This document shows, one piece after another, positions 14,993 through 23,820 of a stretch of 36,913 nucleotides of DNA. The DNA is from an uncultured Candidatus Kuenenia sp. (GTDB taxonomy: Bacteria > Planctomycetota > Planctomycetia > Pirellulales > UBA1268), in contig CAZXIG010000002.1 in assembly GCA_964640405.1 (NCBI GenBank), positions 1 to 36,913 of the forward strand. Reading direction: 5' to 3'. Both the position numbers and the translations under genes were made by a program. Position 1 is the first letter of the stretch. Every line of letters starts with the position of its first letter. The notes below the pieces were generated by a model. That model searched no databases and was not told where the DNA came from. It saw only the letters and a program-made list of their open reading frames with translations.

Positions 14993-17521
14993 TCAACGTA
15001 TGAGTTGGAATTCCGGAAGCATCACGAGTGCCCAGAGGCAGTCGGCGATGGATTCCTTGGTTGGCTTGTCTGTGAGGATGTCGCGGGCGGCGGTGGCCTC
15101 GCCTGGGGTCGGCGAGCGGGAGAGCGCCGCGTCGAACATCCACTTGGAAATAGTATCGGCGGCCGGACCTTTGGCCGCGAGAATCCGGCTGCCTCCCTTC
15201 GAAAACTCGTCGTAGAGGCCCTGCTCGTTGGCGAGCTGGATCGCCTCGAGCGTCGTGAGATCGACGGGGCGGCTCGTCACCACCTGGTCGCGATTGGGCC
15301 GGCCGAGGGCTGCCATCAGCGGCGTACTCTTCACGAGCGCCGCCCGCACCATCGGCAGCGGACCGGTGGCCGTGCCCTCGACGAGACGCTGGGCGAACAG
15401 GCCATCGCTCGATGCCCAGACATCCTGCTTCGCGGCCGCGGCGGCCTGCCAGTCGGTCGGCTGCTTGTCCTTCGCATAGCCGCCTTTGCCGTCAGGGAGC
15501 GTTGCCGTCCACTGCCAGGATTCATCGGTCGCCACGGCCTCGTCGGCTTCGTTCACGAGCCGGGCCCGCAGTTCTACCCGCACGCCCGACAGCCCGCCGG
15601 CGTCGCTGACCACGACGACGAATTCGTTGTCGCCAGCCCGCAGCTCGTTCGTGGCCATCGCCATCACCGGCGCCTGCCAGTCGGTGGTCGTGACCAGCTT
15701 CCTACCGTTCAGGAACACGGTTGCCTCGTTGTCGGCCGCCACGACCACGGCCGCACTCGCGGCCGCAGCCGGGAGCTTGAACGACTTCTTGAAAGCGAGC
15801 TTCGTGGCCTGAGCGGGCGTGCCCTCGGGATTCGACCAGATCCACTTGGCGACGGGTGGCTTCACCTCGGCCGCGCCGGGCTCCGGCACGAACCGCTGCA
15901 CGTTGGCCTCCGGCCGCGTCGGCGCCGCACCCGTGAGCTGCCAGACGGCGTCGCTGAATTGCTCCGCCGTCATCCGCCGCGGCAGCGGACCCTTGAAAAC
16001 GAAGTCGGCGCCCTGCGGCTGTCCGTTGACGGCGGGCGTGGCCGCCCCGTACGCCTCCGACGTGCAGATCGTCTCGAGCACATGCTTGATGTCCCAGCCG
16101 TGCGTGACGAGATCACCCGCCAGCGTGTCGAGCAGATCCTCGCTCCAGGGCTTCGTGCGGAGGCTGTCCACCGGGTGCACGAGCCCGCGGCCCATGAGCC
16201 GGTGCCAGAGCCGGTTGACGAGGTTCCGCGAGAGCCAGCCGTTCTCCGGCTTCGTCATGATCGCCGCCAACTGCTCCAGCCGCTTCTGCGGAGGGGCCGC
16301 GGCATCGACTTGGCCGAGATCGGCGAACAACCACGCTGGCGTCGCCTGCACGCCCGTGGCCTTGTCGCAGCGGTGCAACTCCAGCGGCTTGGGAGAATAA
16401 ATCGCGGCGAGGTCGTAGGTCTCCTTCAGCTTCCAGCGGTCCACGAAGCTGTCGTGGCAGCTCGCGCACTTGAGATTGATGCCGAGGAATGTCTGGCCGA
16501 CGTTCTGGGCGAACTGGATCGGCACGGTCTGACTGGCGTTGACTACGCCTCGCCACACGATCCCGTCGATGAACCCCCGCGACTCGTCGGTCGGCGCGAT
16601 CAATTCCCGTACGAACCGATCGAAGGGCAGATTGTCGCGGAGCGACCGGTGGAGCCAGGTCGTGATCTGCCGGCGGCCGCCGGTAATGAAGCCGGTGCCC
16701 GTGTAGTCGTTCCGCAAGAGATCGTTCCAGAACGTGAGCCAGTGCTCTGCATAGCCCACGCGATCGCCGAGCAGCTCCCGCACGAGCACGGACCGCTTGT
16801 CGGGATTCGTGTCGGCCACGAAGGCCTCGACCCGGGCCGGATCGGGCAGGAGGCCGACGAGGTCGAGACTCGCGCGGCGGATGAACGTACGGTCGTCGAC
16901 CCGCTGCGGCCGGGCGATGCCCTGTTCCTTCCAGTAGGCATCGACGATCCGATCGACCGGATTGGTACGGCCGTCCTGTACCGGTGGCAGCGGCACGTCG
17001 CGGAGCGACAGCGGCGGCTCCCAGCCCGTGCCCTTGAAGGCGAAGCCTGGCTCCCAGGGCGCCTTCTCGTCGATCCATCGCTTCAGCATGGCGATTGCCT
17101 CGGCGGGCAGCGGCTCGCCCTCGCTCGGCATGCGATAGTCGGGGTCGTCACTCGTGATCCGGGCGATGACCTCGCTCTCGGCGGCCTTCCCCTCGACGAA
17201 GCCCGGCGTCCCGGAGTCGCCTCCGGCGAGCAGATCCTCGCGGGTGTTCATCGAGAAGCCCCCCTGCCGGGCATCACCCGTGTGGCACTGGCCGCAGTGC
17301 ACACGCAGGATCGGCACGACGTCGTGGGAGAAGTCGATGGCGACAACCGAACCGCTACCGGCAACAAAGACGACCGCAAAGACGACCGCGATGAGCCGGA
17401 AGTGTGACGACGCCGGAACGGCAGAAGTCTCTTCGCGGTGGGCCGGGGCGGCCCAATGCTCCTCGAGCTTCCGCCGATTCCGGCTCCCCTGACTGAAACT
17501 ATTGCTTCCGGAACCGCGCAT
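14993..17521 (-). CDS. PSCyt1 / DUF1549 / DUF1553 protein (membrane-anchored c-type cytochrome domain protein)
   Basis: Signal anchor FRLIAVVFAVVFVAGSGSVVAI. CGQCH in PILRVHCGQCHTGD...DYRMPS (PSCyt1). DRIVDAYWKEQGI...FIRRASLDLVGLLP and KCASCHDSFVDRWKL (DUF1549). NRLWHRLMGRGLVHPVD (DUF1553). The ATG at 17521 is the only canonical in-frame start before the anchor, and it overlaps the upstream gene by 23 nt. Confidence 0.88.
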   Translation of the reverse strand: MRGSGSNSFSQGSRNRRKLEEHWAAPAHREETSAVPASSHFRLIAVVFAVVFVAGSGSVVAIDFSHDVVPILRVHCGQCHTGDARQGGFSMNTREDLLAGGDSGTPGFVEGKAAESEVIARITSDDPDYRMPSEGEPLPAEAIAMLKRWIDEKAPWEPGFAFKGTGWEPPLSLRDVPLPPVQDGRTNPVDRIVDAYWKEQGIARPQRVDDRTFIRRASLDLVGLLPDPARVEAFVADTNPDKRSVLVRELLGDRVGYAEHWLTFWNDLLRNDYTGTGFITGGRRQITTWLHRSLRDNLPFDRFVRELIAPTDESRGFIDGIVWRGVVNASQTVPIQFAQNVGQTFLGINLKCASCHDSFVDRWKLKETYDLAAIYSPKPLELHRCDKATGVQATPAWLFADLGQVDAAAPPQKRLEQLAAIMTKPENGWLSRNLVNRLWHRLMGRGLVHPVDSLRTKPWSEDLLDTLAGDLVTHGWDIKHVLETICTSEAYGAATPAVNGQPQGADFVFKGPLPRRMTAEQFSDAVWQLTGAAPTRPEANVQRFVPEPGAAEVKPPVAKWIWSNPEGTPAQATKLAFKKSFKLPAAAASAAVVVAADNEATVFLNGRKLVTTTDWQAPVMAMATNELRAGDNEFVVVVSDAGGLSGVRVELRARLVNEADEAVATDESWQWTATLPDGKGGYAKDKQPTDWQAAAAAKQDVWASSDGLFAQRLVEGTATGPLPMVRAALVKSTPLMAALGRPNRDQVVTSRPVDLTTLEAIQLANEQGLYDEFSKGGSRILAAKGPAADTISKWMFDAALSRSPTPGEATAARDILTDKPTKESIADCLWALVMLPEFQLIR

Positions 17522-20027
17522 CGTTCTTGTTTCCTCGGGAGAGCGTGTAGGCCACGAGGTCGAGCACTTCGGACTCGTTGAGCTGATCGAGCTGCCCCTT
17601 CGGCATGAGCGACTCGGTCGAGGGCAGGATCTCCTCGATGTCGGACCGGGGCACCTGCACGAACTTGGTCGCGTTTTCGGGGTCGGTCACGATCGTAATC
17701 TGGTCGGGCGTCTCGGCCACGATCCGGCCCGCGGCCTGGGTGAGGTTGGGCCCGGTCGCGCCGCCGTTTGAATCGGTGACGCGATAGAGCCCGCTGCCGG
17801 GGCCGTCATTCCAGACGACATAGAGAGCGTCGAACGCCCAGAGCAGGCCCTGGGCGGCGGAGATCGCCACGGGGATCTTTTCGACGACGGTCGGCTTCGA
17901 GCCGTCGAGCGGCGCGGGCGTGATCCGCACCAGGCCCTGGCCCCCTTGGTCGCTGGCGATCAGCCGGCCCTTGGGATCGGTGGCCAGACAGACCCACGAG
18001 CCCAGCTGATCCTTCGGCACGGCAAACAACCGCTCCACTGCGAAACCTGCGGGCAGGTGGAAGGCCGGCGGAGCCCCGGGCTTCGTCGCAGCTTCGTTTC
18101 CGGCGATCGGCATCGGCTCCGCATTCTGCTCCCAGCTGGTCTGGGGTGCCGGCTTTGGTGACGGCTGGGGTGCGGGCTGCGGGGCAGGGACTTCGGCCGC
18201 GGCGGCGCCAGTGGCCGACTTTTCGGGGATGTCGAGTGGCGCGTCGAGCGTCGCGCGGCGGGTTTGACCGGGCAGTTTGAGAAGCTCGTCAAGTTCCGCC
18301 CAGTGTTTCTCATATACGCCACGGGGTGTCGTGCCGTGCTTGGCCGCCACGCTCGCCGCCTTGCCCACCACCTCTCCCATCATCCCACAGGTCTTCATCA
18401 CCCGCACGGTGCCGAGGGCCTCGTGCGTCACCGAAATACAGCGGCCCGCCATGAAGAGGTTCTCCACGTCCTTCGAGTAGAAGCAGCGGTAGGGAACCGG
18501 ATAACCGTATTTTCGATCGATGCGTTCGTCGAGCACGGCGATCGAGATGAAGGGGTTGTCGGGGAACTTCTTCGCGTATTCCTTCTTCGGATAATGGAGA
18601 TCGATCGACCACGTGCTCGGCACGCAGCCGTCGGGAAACTCCTTCTTCGCGACGATGTCGTCCTGCGTGAGCACCACGTCGCCGAGAATGCGCCGGCTTT
18701 CCCGGGTTCCGCCCACGTAGGCCACCCACGTCAGCACGGCATTCGTGTGCTCGGCAGCCCCGTCGCCGTTCTTCATCGCGTTCCAAGCCCCGAAGACGGC
18801 CCGCAGGTTCCAGTCGCGAATGCCTTCGGCGTCGCCCAGCGGATCCTTGTCGTAACCGCTCTCCCAGTACCACGGCCCGTGGTAGTTGCGCGGGTAGGGG
18901 AAGTCGGCCATCGTGAGCGGCAACGCCCAGGGCGTCTCGGGGAACGACTGTGGCGTCGCCTCTTCTGCCCAGGCCCACATATTGCTCATCCCCATTCGCC
19001 CCTTCGGCTCCATCACCGTCTCGGCGCCGGCCAGATGGCCAATCGTGGCGTGGCCCGTGGCATCGCAGAAGAACCTGCCGGTGAACACGATCTCCCGGCT
19101 CGTCTTGGTGTCGAAGCAGCTCACGCTCGTGATCCGGGCTCCCTCGCGGGCCACGGCGAAGGCGTGCGTATTGAGAAAGAGATCGATGTTCGGCTCGGCC
19201 CGTACCACGGCCTCCTTTTTGCCATCACCGAACTCTTCGTAGGTGCCCGGGCTCTTCTTCGCCTTGTCGGCAAACTCCTCCACGATCTCGCCGATGTGGG
19301 GATACTTGCCCCGCTTGATGAGCCCCATCGCCCACACGCGCACCTCGCTCGAGCCATTGCCGCCGAGCACGGGCCGGTCTTGGATGAGCGCCACCTTCAG
19401 CCCCATGCGAGCGGCCGAGATCGCCGCTCCCATGCCGGAATAGCCGCCGCCTACCACGACGAGGTCGTACGGCCCCTTCGTCTCGGGCTTCTCCGGCAGG
19501 CCGAGCGCCTGCCGCCGCCAGGCCGCGAGAATCTGCGAGTCATTCGGCGGCGGGCTCGACTCGGTCGTGAACACAATGCAATCGCAGCGGCCATTAAAGC
19601 CGGTGAGATCATGGAGGGCGACCGTCACCTCCCCGGCCGGCACGGCGACGGAGCCTCCGTCGTGCCATCCCCACTCCGCTCCCTTCGTTCCAAACGTCTC
19701 GGCGAGCGGCGTGCCATTCACCAGCAGCTGAAACCTGCCCGGCGTGCCCGGCGCGTTCCACCGCGCCACCCAGTCTTTCGTCCGCACGAACACGCGGTAG
19801 GTTCCCGCGGCGGGAAACGTGACCTTCGTCGTGGCGTCGGCCACCGGCTTGCCAAGACCATGCGCCAGGAGATACGGCGATCCCATCTCGCGGATGAACT
19901 GCGTATCGAAACTCCAGCCGCCTTGGTCGGCGAAACTCTCCGCCTCCACGAGAACCGTCGCCGCCGGGGCGACGGCACCGCATGCCATGGAAAGCATTCC
20001 GACGATGACTGCAAGCGTTCGTCTCAT
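17499..20027 (-). CDS. Exported FAD-dependent oxidoreductase (PF12831-like) with an N-terminal carbohydrate-binding-like domain and a heme-less C-terminal remnant module
   Basis: Signal MRRTLAVIVGMLSMACGAVAPA. Beta-sandwich-like VLVEAESFADQGGW...GRFQLLVNG. Dinucleotide fold YDLVVVGGGYSGMGAAISAARMGLKVALIQDRPVLGGNGSSEVRVW. Pro/Ala linker PAPQPAPQPSPKPAPQ. Tail FHLPAGFAVERLF...GSWVCLATDPKGRLIASDQ...SGLYRVTDSNG...ESLMPKGQLDQLNESEVLDLVAYTLSRGN. Confidence 0.85.
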   Translation of the reverse strand: MRRTLAVIVGMLSMACGAVAPAATVLVEAESFADQGGWSFDTQFIREMGSPYLLAHGLGKPVADATTKVTFPAAGTYRVFVRTKDWVARWNAPGTPGRFQLLVNGTPLAETFGTKGAEWGWHDGGSVAVPAGEVTVALHDLTGFNGRCDCIVFTTESSPPPNDSQILAAWRRQALGLPEKPETKGPYDLVVVGGGYSGMGAAISAARMGLKVALIQDRPVLGGNGSSEVRVWAMGLIKRGKYPHIGEIVEEFADKAKKSPGTYEEFGDGKKEAVVRAEPNIDLFLNTHAFAVAREGARITSVSCFDTKTSREIVFTGRFFCDATGHATIGHLAGAETVMEPKGRMGMSNMWAWAEEATPQSFPETPWALPLTMADFPYPRNYHGPWYWESGYDKDPLGDAEGIRDWNLRAVFGAWNAMKNGDGAAEHTNAVLTWVAYVGGTRESRRILGDVVLTQDDIVAKKEFPDGCVPSTWSIDLHYPKKEYAKKFPDNPFISIAVLDERIDRKYGYPVPYRCFYSKDVENLFMAGRCISVTHEALGTVRVMKTCGMMGEVVGKAASVAAKHGTTPRGVYEKHWAELDELLKLPGQTRRATLDAPLDIPEKSATGAAAAEVPAPQPAPQPSPKPAPQTSWEQNAEPMPIAGNEAATKPGAPPAFHLPAGFAVERLFAVPKDQLGSWVCLATDPKGRLIASDQGGQGLVRITPAPLDGSKPTVVEKIPVAISAAQGLLWAFDALYVVWNDGPGSGLYRVTDSNGGATGPNLTQAAGRIVAETPDQITIVTDPENATKFVQVPRSDIEEILPSTESLMPKGQLDQLNESEVLDLVAYTLSRGNKNDARFRKQ
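18307..18359. repeat. Near-identical short repeat shared with 12992-13044
   Basis: 53 nt with 3 mismatches. The core acgccacggggtgtcgtgcc(a/g)tgcttggccgccacgctcgccgc is 43/44 identical (18316-18359 vs 13001-13044). Identity drops sharply on both sides. Confidence 0.9.
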
Positions 20028-20225
20028 GGTCTCGCTCCCGTTGGTGGATATTCCTCAAGTATGCAGGCTCTCCGCATCGCGACAAGCGCAATGCCCCTGC
20101 GTATCACGCGACACTGTCGCATTCTTGAACCTACGAGACGCATTTCCATCGTTGCCGTGTCTTTCCACGTGTGGCAGGCTGAGGGTCGCCGGTGCGGAGT
20201 CCCGGTGTGCCTCGGGAATGCCTTG

Positions 20226-21587
20226 ATGCTTCAGTCACGACGATGGGTCTTGGTCGGCCTGCTGCTTGTCGTGCTCTGCCTTCGCCACTGCGTGGTGGCT
20301 GGGGCCGCAGAGCCTTTGTCGCTCACGGGGCACCTGCACAGTTCCGCCGACCTCGGCACGCTGCGCGACCTCCGCGCGGAGTGGCACGACGGCGTGCTCA
20401 CCCTCTCGTCCACTGCGGCCAATCTCTTTGCCCGGGCGGTCATCCCGGCGCCCCGCGGCGGCTGGGATCTGGCGCGGCGGGCGACGGTCGATGCCGAGAT
20501 GACGAACACCGGCGAGAACCCTGTCGGCGTCATGCTCTGGGTGGTGGGCGACCATGGCTGGGAGGCGGCGCTGGCGAGCAGCACGCTCGAACCAGGCGAG
20601 ACGCGCACCCTCTCCTGCAATCTGCGGGCGACTTTTCCCGACCGCACGCCACGGCTGAATCCCGGGGATGTGAAATGCGTCGAGGTCATGCTGGCCGAGC
20701 CGGTCACGCCGCCAAGCAAGCCTGACGAAAAGGTCCCACCCGCGACGCATCTCTCGCCGCGGATCACCAAGCCGATCGCGCTCGAAATGCGGTCGCTGGC
20801 GGCACACGGCGAGGCGCCGGAGTGGCAGTGGCCTGCGGGCCGGATCGAGGTCCCTTCGGTCGCAGACGGGGCCGCGGCGCCCGGGAAACGCGTCCGCTAT
20901 CGGCTCGCCGGGGATGAATCGACCGGCATCTATTGCATCCTGAATCTGCCCGAGGATTGGCAAGCCGGGAAGAAGTATCCCGTGATCGTCGAATACCCCG
21001 GCAACATCTTCTATGGGCCAGCCTGCTTCTCCTCGGGGCTGCCCGATCAATGCGTCATCGGCTACGGCATGACGAAAGGGCGGGGCGCCATCTGCCTGGG
21101 GCTGCCGTTCGTAAACCGCGGCACCGGCACCATCGCGGAGAACGGCTGGGGGAATGCCGACGACACGGCCGACTACGCGATCCGCATGGTGGCGGAGGTG
21201 TGCGAGAAGTTTGGCGGCGACCGCGCGAATGTCGTGCTCACCGGCTTCTCGCGGGGCGCGATTGCCTGCGGCTACATCGGCCTGCGGCATGACCGGATCG
21301 CCCCGCTGTGGAAAGGCTTCCATGCCTGTCAGCACTACGACGGCTCGAACTGGAACGGTTCGACCATGCCCGATGCGATCGAACGCGCGTCGCGGTTCCA
21401 AGGCAAAGCCATTTTTCAGACCGATAATTCCAAAGAAAAGTTCCGGCCCGTGATGGACGTCATGAACACCGAGGTCACCTGGGCCAATTCCGGCCTGGGC
21501 TTCCACTCCACGGCGATGTTTCTCGACGACCGGCCATCGACGCTGCAGCTGCGCGAATGGTTTCAGGAACTCGTTACCGCTCCGTAG
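20226..21587 (+). CDS. Exported alpha/beta hydrolase (esterase-like) with an N-terminal beta-sandwich domain
   Basis: In frame with the 1107-aa ORF, but the real start is MLQSRRWVLVGLLLVVLCLRHCVVAGAAEP (ATG 20226). Everything upstream is antisense to the flavoprotein gene. Nucleophile elbow VVLTGFSRGAIACGY. YPVIVEYPGN is typical of esterase/depolymerase-type hydrolases. Confidence 0.8.
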   Translation: MLQSRRWVLVGLLLVVLCLRHCVVAGAAEPLSLTGHLHSSADLGTLRDLRAEWHDGVLTLSSTAANLFARAVIPAPRGGWDLARRATVDAEMTNTGENPVGVMLWVVGDHGWEAALASSTLEPGETRTLSCNLRATFPDRTPRLNPGDVKCVEVMLAEPVTPPSKPDEKVPPATHLSPRITKPIALEMRSLAAHGEAPEWQWPAGRIEVPSVADGAAAPGKRVRYRLAGDESTGIYCILNLPEDWQAGKKYPVIVEYPGNIFYGPACFSSGLPDQCVIGYGMTKGRGAICLGLPFVNRGTGTIAENGWGNADDTADYAIRMVAEVCEKFGGDRANVVLTGFSRGAIACGYIGLRHDRIAPLWKGFHACQHYDGSNWNGSTMPDAIERASRFQGKAIFQTDNSKEKFRPVMDVMNTEVTWANSGLGFHSTAMFLDDRPSTLQLREWFQELVTAP

Positions 21588-21639
21588 GGCCGGCTGGGCT
21601 GTCTGGCTGGGCTGCCGGGTCATCAATTTCGGAGGACCG

Positions 21640-23760
21640 ATGTCTGCTTCGTGCCGTGCATGGATCGTGTGGCTCTGCCTCGGCCCTCTCCTGGCTTCCG
21701 CCGCCATCGCGTGGGCGGAGGAGAAGGGAGGCGACAAGGCCGACTGGGAATGGCTGTCGAAAGAAGGAACCGCCGCGTTTGTGCTCGAGCCACCGCAACT
21801 CAAGGGGGTCAACCGTTGGTTGCTGGAGAGTCCGCGGCACCGCGGCCAGATCAACTGCCTGTCGGTGTCGCCCGATTGCACCCGTGCCGCGACCGGCGGC
21901 CTCGATGGCGTGGTGCGAATCTGGAATCTCGAGACCGGCACGCTCGAGAAAGCGCTCGCAGGCCATAGGTATTACGTCTATTCGATGGATTGGTCGCCCG
22001 ATGGCACGATGCTCGCGACGCACTCGTGGGGTGAGGCCAAGCTGATCATCTGGGACGTCGCCACCGGCGGCATGAAGAAGCAGTTCGACAACTCCATGCA
22101 GATGCGCAGCCTCCGGTGGTCGCGGGACAGCCGGAGACTGGCCGGTTGCACGCTTGGAAGCGGAATGATCGCCGTCACCGAAGGCCTCTCCGACTTCAAG
22201 AAAATCACCGCAATAGGCCAGCCTATCGCCTCGATCGACTGGTCACCCGACGGCACCAAGTTGGCCGTGGCCTGCTTCGGCAATCTGGTGAGCCTCGTCG
22301 ACGCCAGTTCGGGAGTGGCGGGCACCACGATGGAAATGGATGGCAGCGAGTCATGTGTGATGGTCCGCTTCTCGCCCAAAGGGGCGACGCTGGCGACCGG
22401 CAACTCGGGGAAGGCCTCGATCTGGGACGCGTCCACGGGCAAGCGGATCGCGACGATCGCCTCTCCCGCCGCGGAAATGGCCTGGTCGCCGGACGGGAAG
22501 CAACTGGCAACGACGTCGACGCAGGGCGTGAAGCTGTGGAGCGGCAGCGATGGCAAGCCGGCCGGGGTGCTGCCGACACGCGGCACGCTCATCGAATGGA
22601 ATGCCGCCTCGGGCCGGATCGTCGTCGGCTCGGACGAACGCGTCGAGGTGTGGGCGGCCGATGGCAAGGAAGCCATCACGTCGATCGATGCCGGCGGGGC
22701 GTCGGCACCGGTCTTTCAGGTGGGAAAACCCATCGTGACGGGACTCGGCACGCCCGTGCTCTCGCTCTGGGACCCGGCGTCGTTCAAGCGAATCGGTCGG
22801 CTTGAGGGTCACGAAAAGCCTGTGACCGTCGCGGCGTGGTCACTCGATGGCAAGCGGTTTGCGTCGGGCGACGAGGGGGGCGTGGTCCGAATCTGGGACG
22901 TCAAGAGCAAGGAACTTCTGCACGCATGTGCCGGCCACAAGGGGCGACTCACCTGCCTGGCCTGGTCGGCCGACGGCAAAGCGCTCGCCTCCGCGGGCCA
23001 CGACAAGACGGCACGAGTCTGGTCGCCCGACGGCGAGTCTCAGGGCACGCTGGAAGGACACACCTCCTGGATCGAGGCCATGGCATGGTCGCCAAACGGC
23101 AAGCAGCTCGTCACCGGCGGACGCGACAAAAACCTGGTCGTCTGGGACGTCGCGGGCATGTCCGAGGCCAAAAAGATCGAGAGCGCCTTTCCGATCACGG
23201 CCCTGGCCTGGTCCGCGGTGAAGGGCGTGCCGACTCTGGCCTGCGGCTACGGTGACGGGTCGATCCGGGTCGTCAAGCCGTCCAGCGGCGAGGTGCTGGC
23301 CGCGGTGGCGGCAGGCCACTCGACGAGTTGGCTTCCGACGACGGCCCTGTGCTGGATGCCCGGCAATCGGCCCCTGCTTCTGGCGAGTCGCTACTATCTC
23401 ACGCAGGTCTGGGATGTGCCGCAGGGAAAGACGCTTCAGCGACAGATCACGCCCGGAGGTGCCTCGACCGTGTTTCCGGCCGCGGGCGGATCGTTTGCCG
23501 TGGCCCGCACGGACGACCGCACCGTTCGGTTCTGGGATCCGACCAGCGGAAAATTGCGCGGCGTACTGCTCGCGGAAGGCGATGCGCTCGTCGGCATTTC
23601 GGCGGGCGGCGACGTGAAGTTCGATCCGGAAACGCAGCCCGGCTTGATCGCGATCGTGGAGACCGAGTCCGGCCAGCAGACGATCTCGCTCGACGACCTG
23701 GCGAACCAGCACGGCTGGAAAAACAACGCCAAGGCGATGAAGCTGCCGACCCGCCCTTGA
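21640..23760 (+). CDS. Exported WD40-repeat protein (probable double beta-propeller)
   Basis: RBS ggagga at 21631-21636. Signal MSASCRAWIVWLCLGPLLASAAIAWA. About 14 WD-like units (VRIWNL, LIIWDV, ASIWDA, VKLWSG, VRIWDV, ARVWSP, LVVWDV, VRFWDP). Confidence 0.88.
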   Translation: MSASCRAWIVWLCLGPLLASAAIAWAEEKGGDKADWEWLSKEGTAAFVLEPPQLKGVNRWLLESPRHRGQINCLSVSPDCTRAATGGLDGVVRIWNLETGTLEKALAGHRYYVYSMDWSPDGTMLATHSWGEAKLIIWDVATGGMKKQFDNSMQMRSLRWSRDSRRLAGCTLGSGMIAVTEGLSDFKKITAIGQPIASIDWSPDGTKLAVACFGNLVSLVDASSGVAGTTMEMDGSESCVMVRFSPKGATLATGNSGKASIWDASTGKRIATIASPAAEMAWSPDGKQLATTSTQGVKLWSGSDGKPAGVLPTRGTLIEWNAASGRIVVGSDERVEVWAADGKEAITSIDAGGASAPVFQVGKPIVTGLGTPVLSLWDPASFKRIGRLEGHEKPVTVAAWSLDGKRFASGDEGGVVRIWDVKSKELLHACAGHKGRLTCLAWSADGKALASAGHDKTARVWSPDGESQGTLEGHTSWIEAMAWSPNGKQLVTGGRDKNLVVWDVAGMSEAKKIESAFPITALAWSAVKGVPTLACGYGDGSIRVVKPSSGEVLAAVAAGHSTSWLPTTALCWMPGNRPLLLASRYYLTQVWDVPQGKTLQRQITPGGASTVFPAAGGSFAVARTDDRTVRFWDPTSGKLRGVLLAEGDALVGISAGGDVKFDPETQPGLIAIVETESGQQTISLDDLANQHGWKNNAKAMKLPTRP

Positions 23761-23820
23761 GGGCCGCGCGTCGGTCAGCGGGCCGCGGAAGATTGCGGCA
23801 CCGGAACGCCTTCGCGACCG

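Noticed and set aside
20108-20120. 6-1-6 palindrome gcgaca c tgtcgc in the divergent region 20028-20225 as an operator
   Set aside because: It is short and GC-rich, so the chance expectation is not negligible. No cognate regulator is adjacent. Noted only.
18264-20225. 5' two-thirds of the 1107-aa plus-strand ORF (18264-21587)
   Set aside because: This part is exactly antisense to the well-supported flavoprotein gene and is Arg/Gly/His-rich low-complexity translation, typical of high-GC antisense frames. A clean signal peptide starts at ATG 20226, so only 20226-21587 is called.
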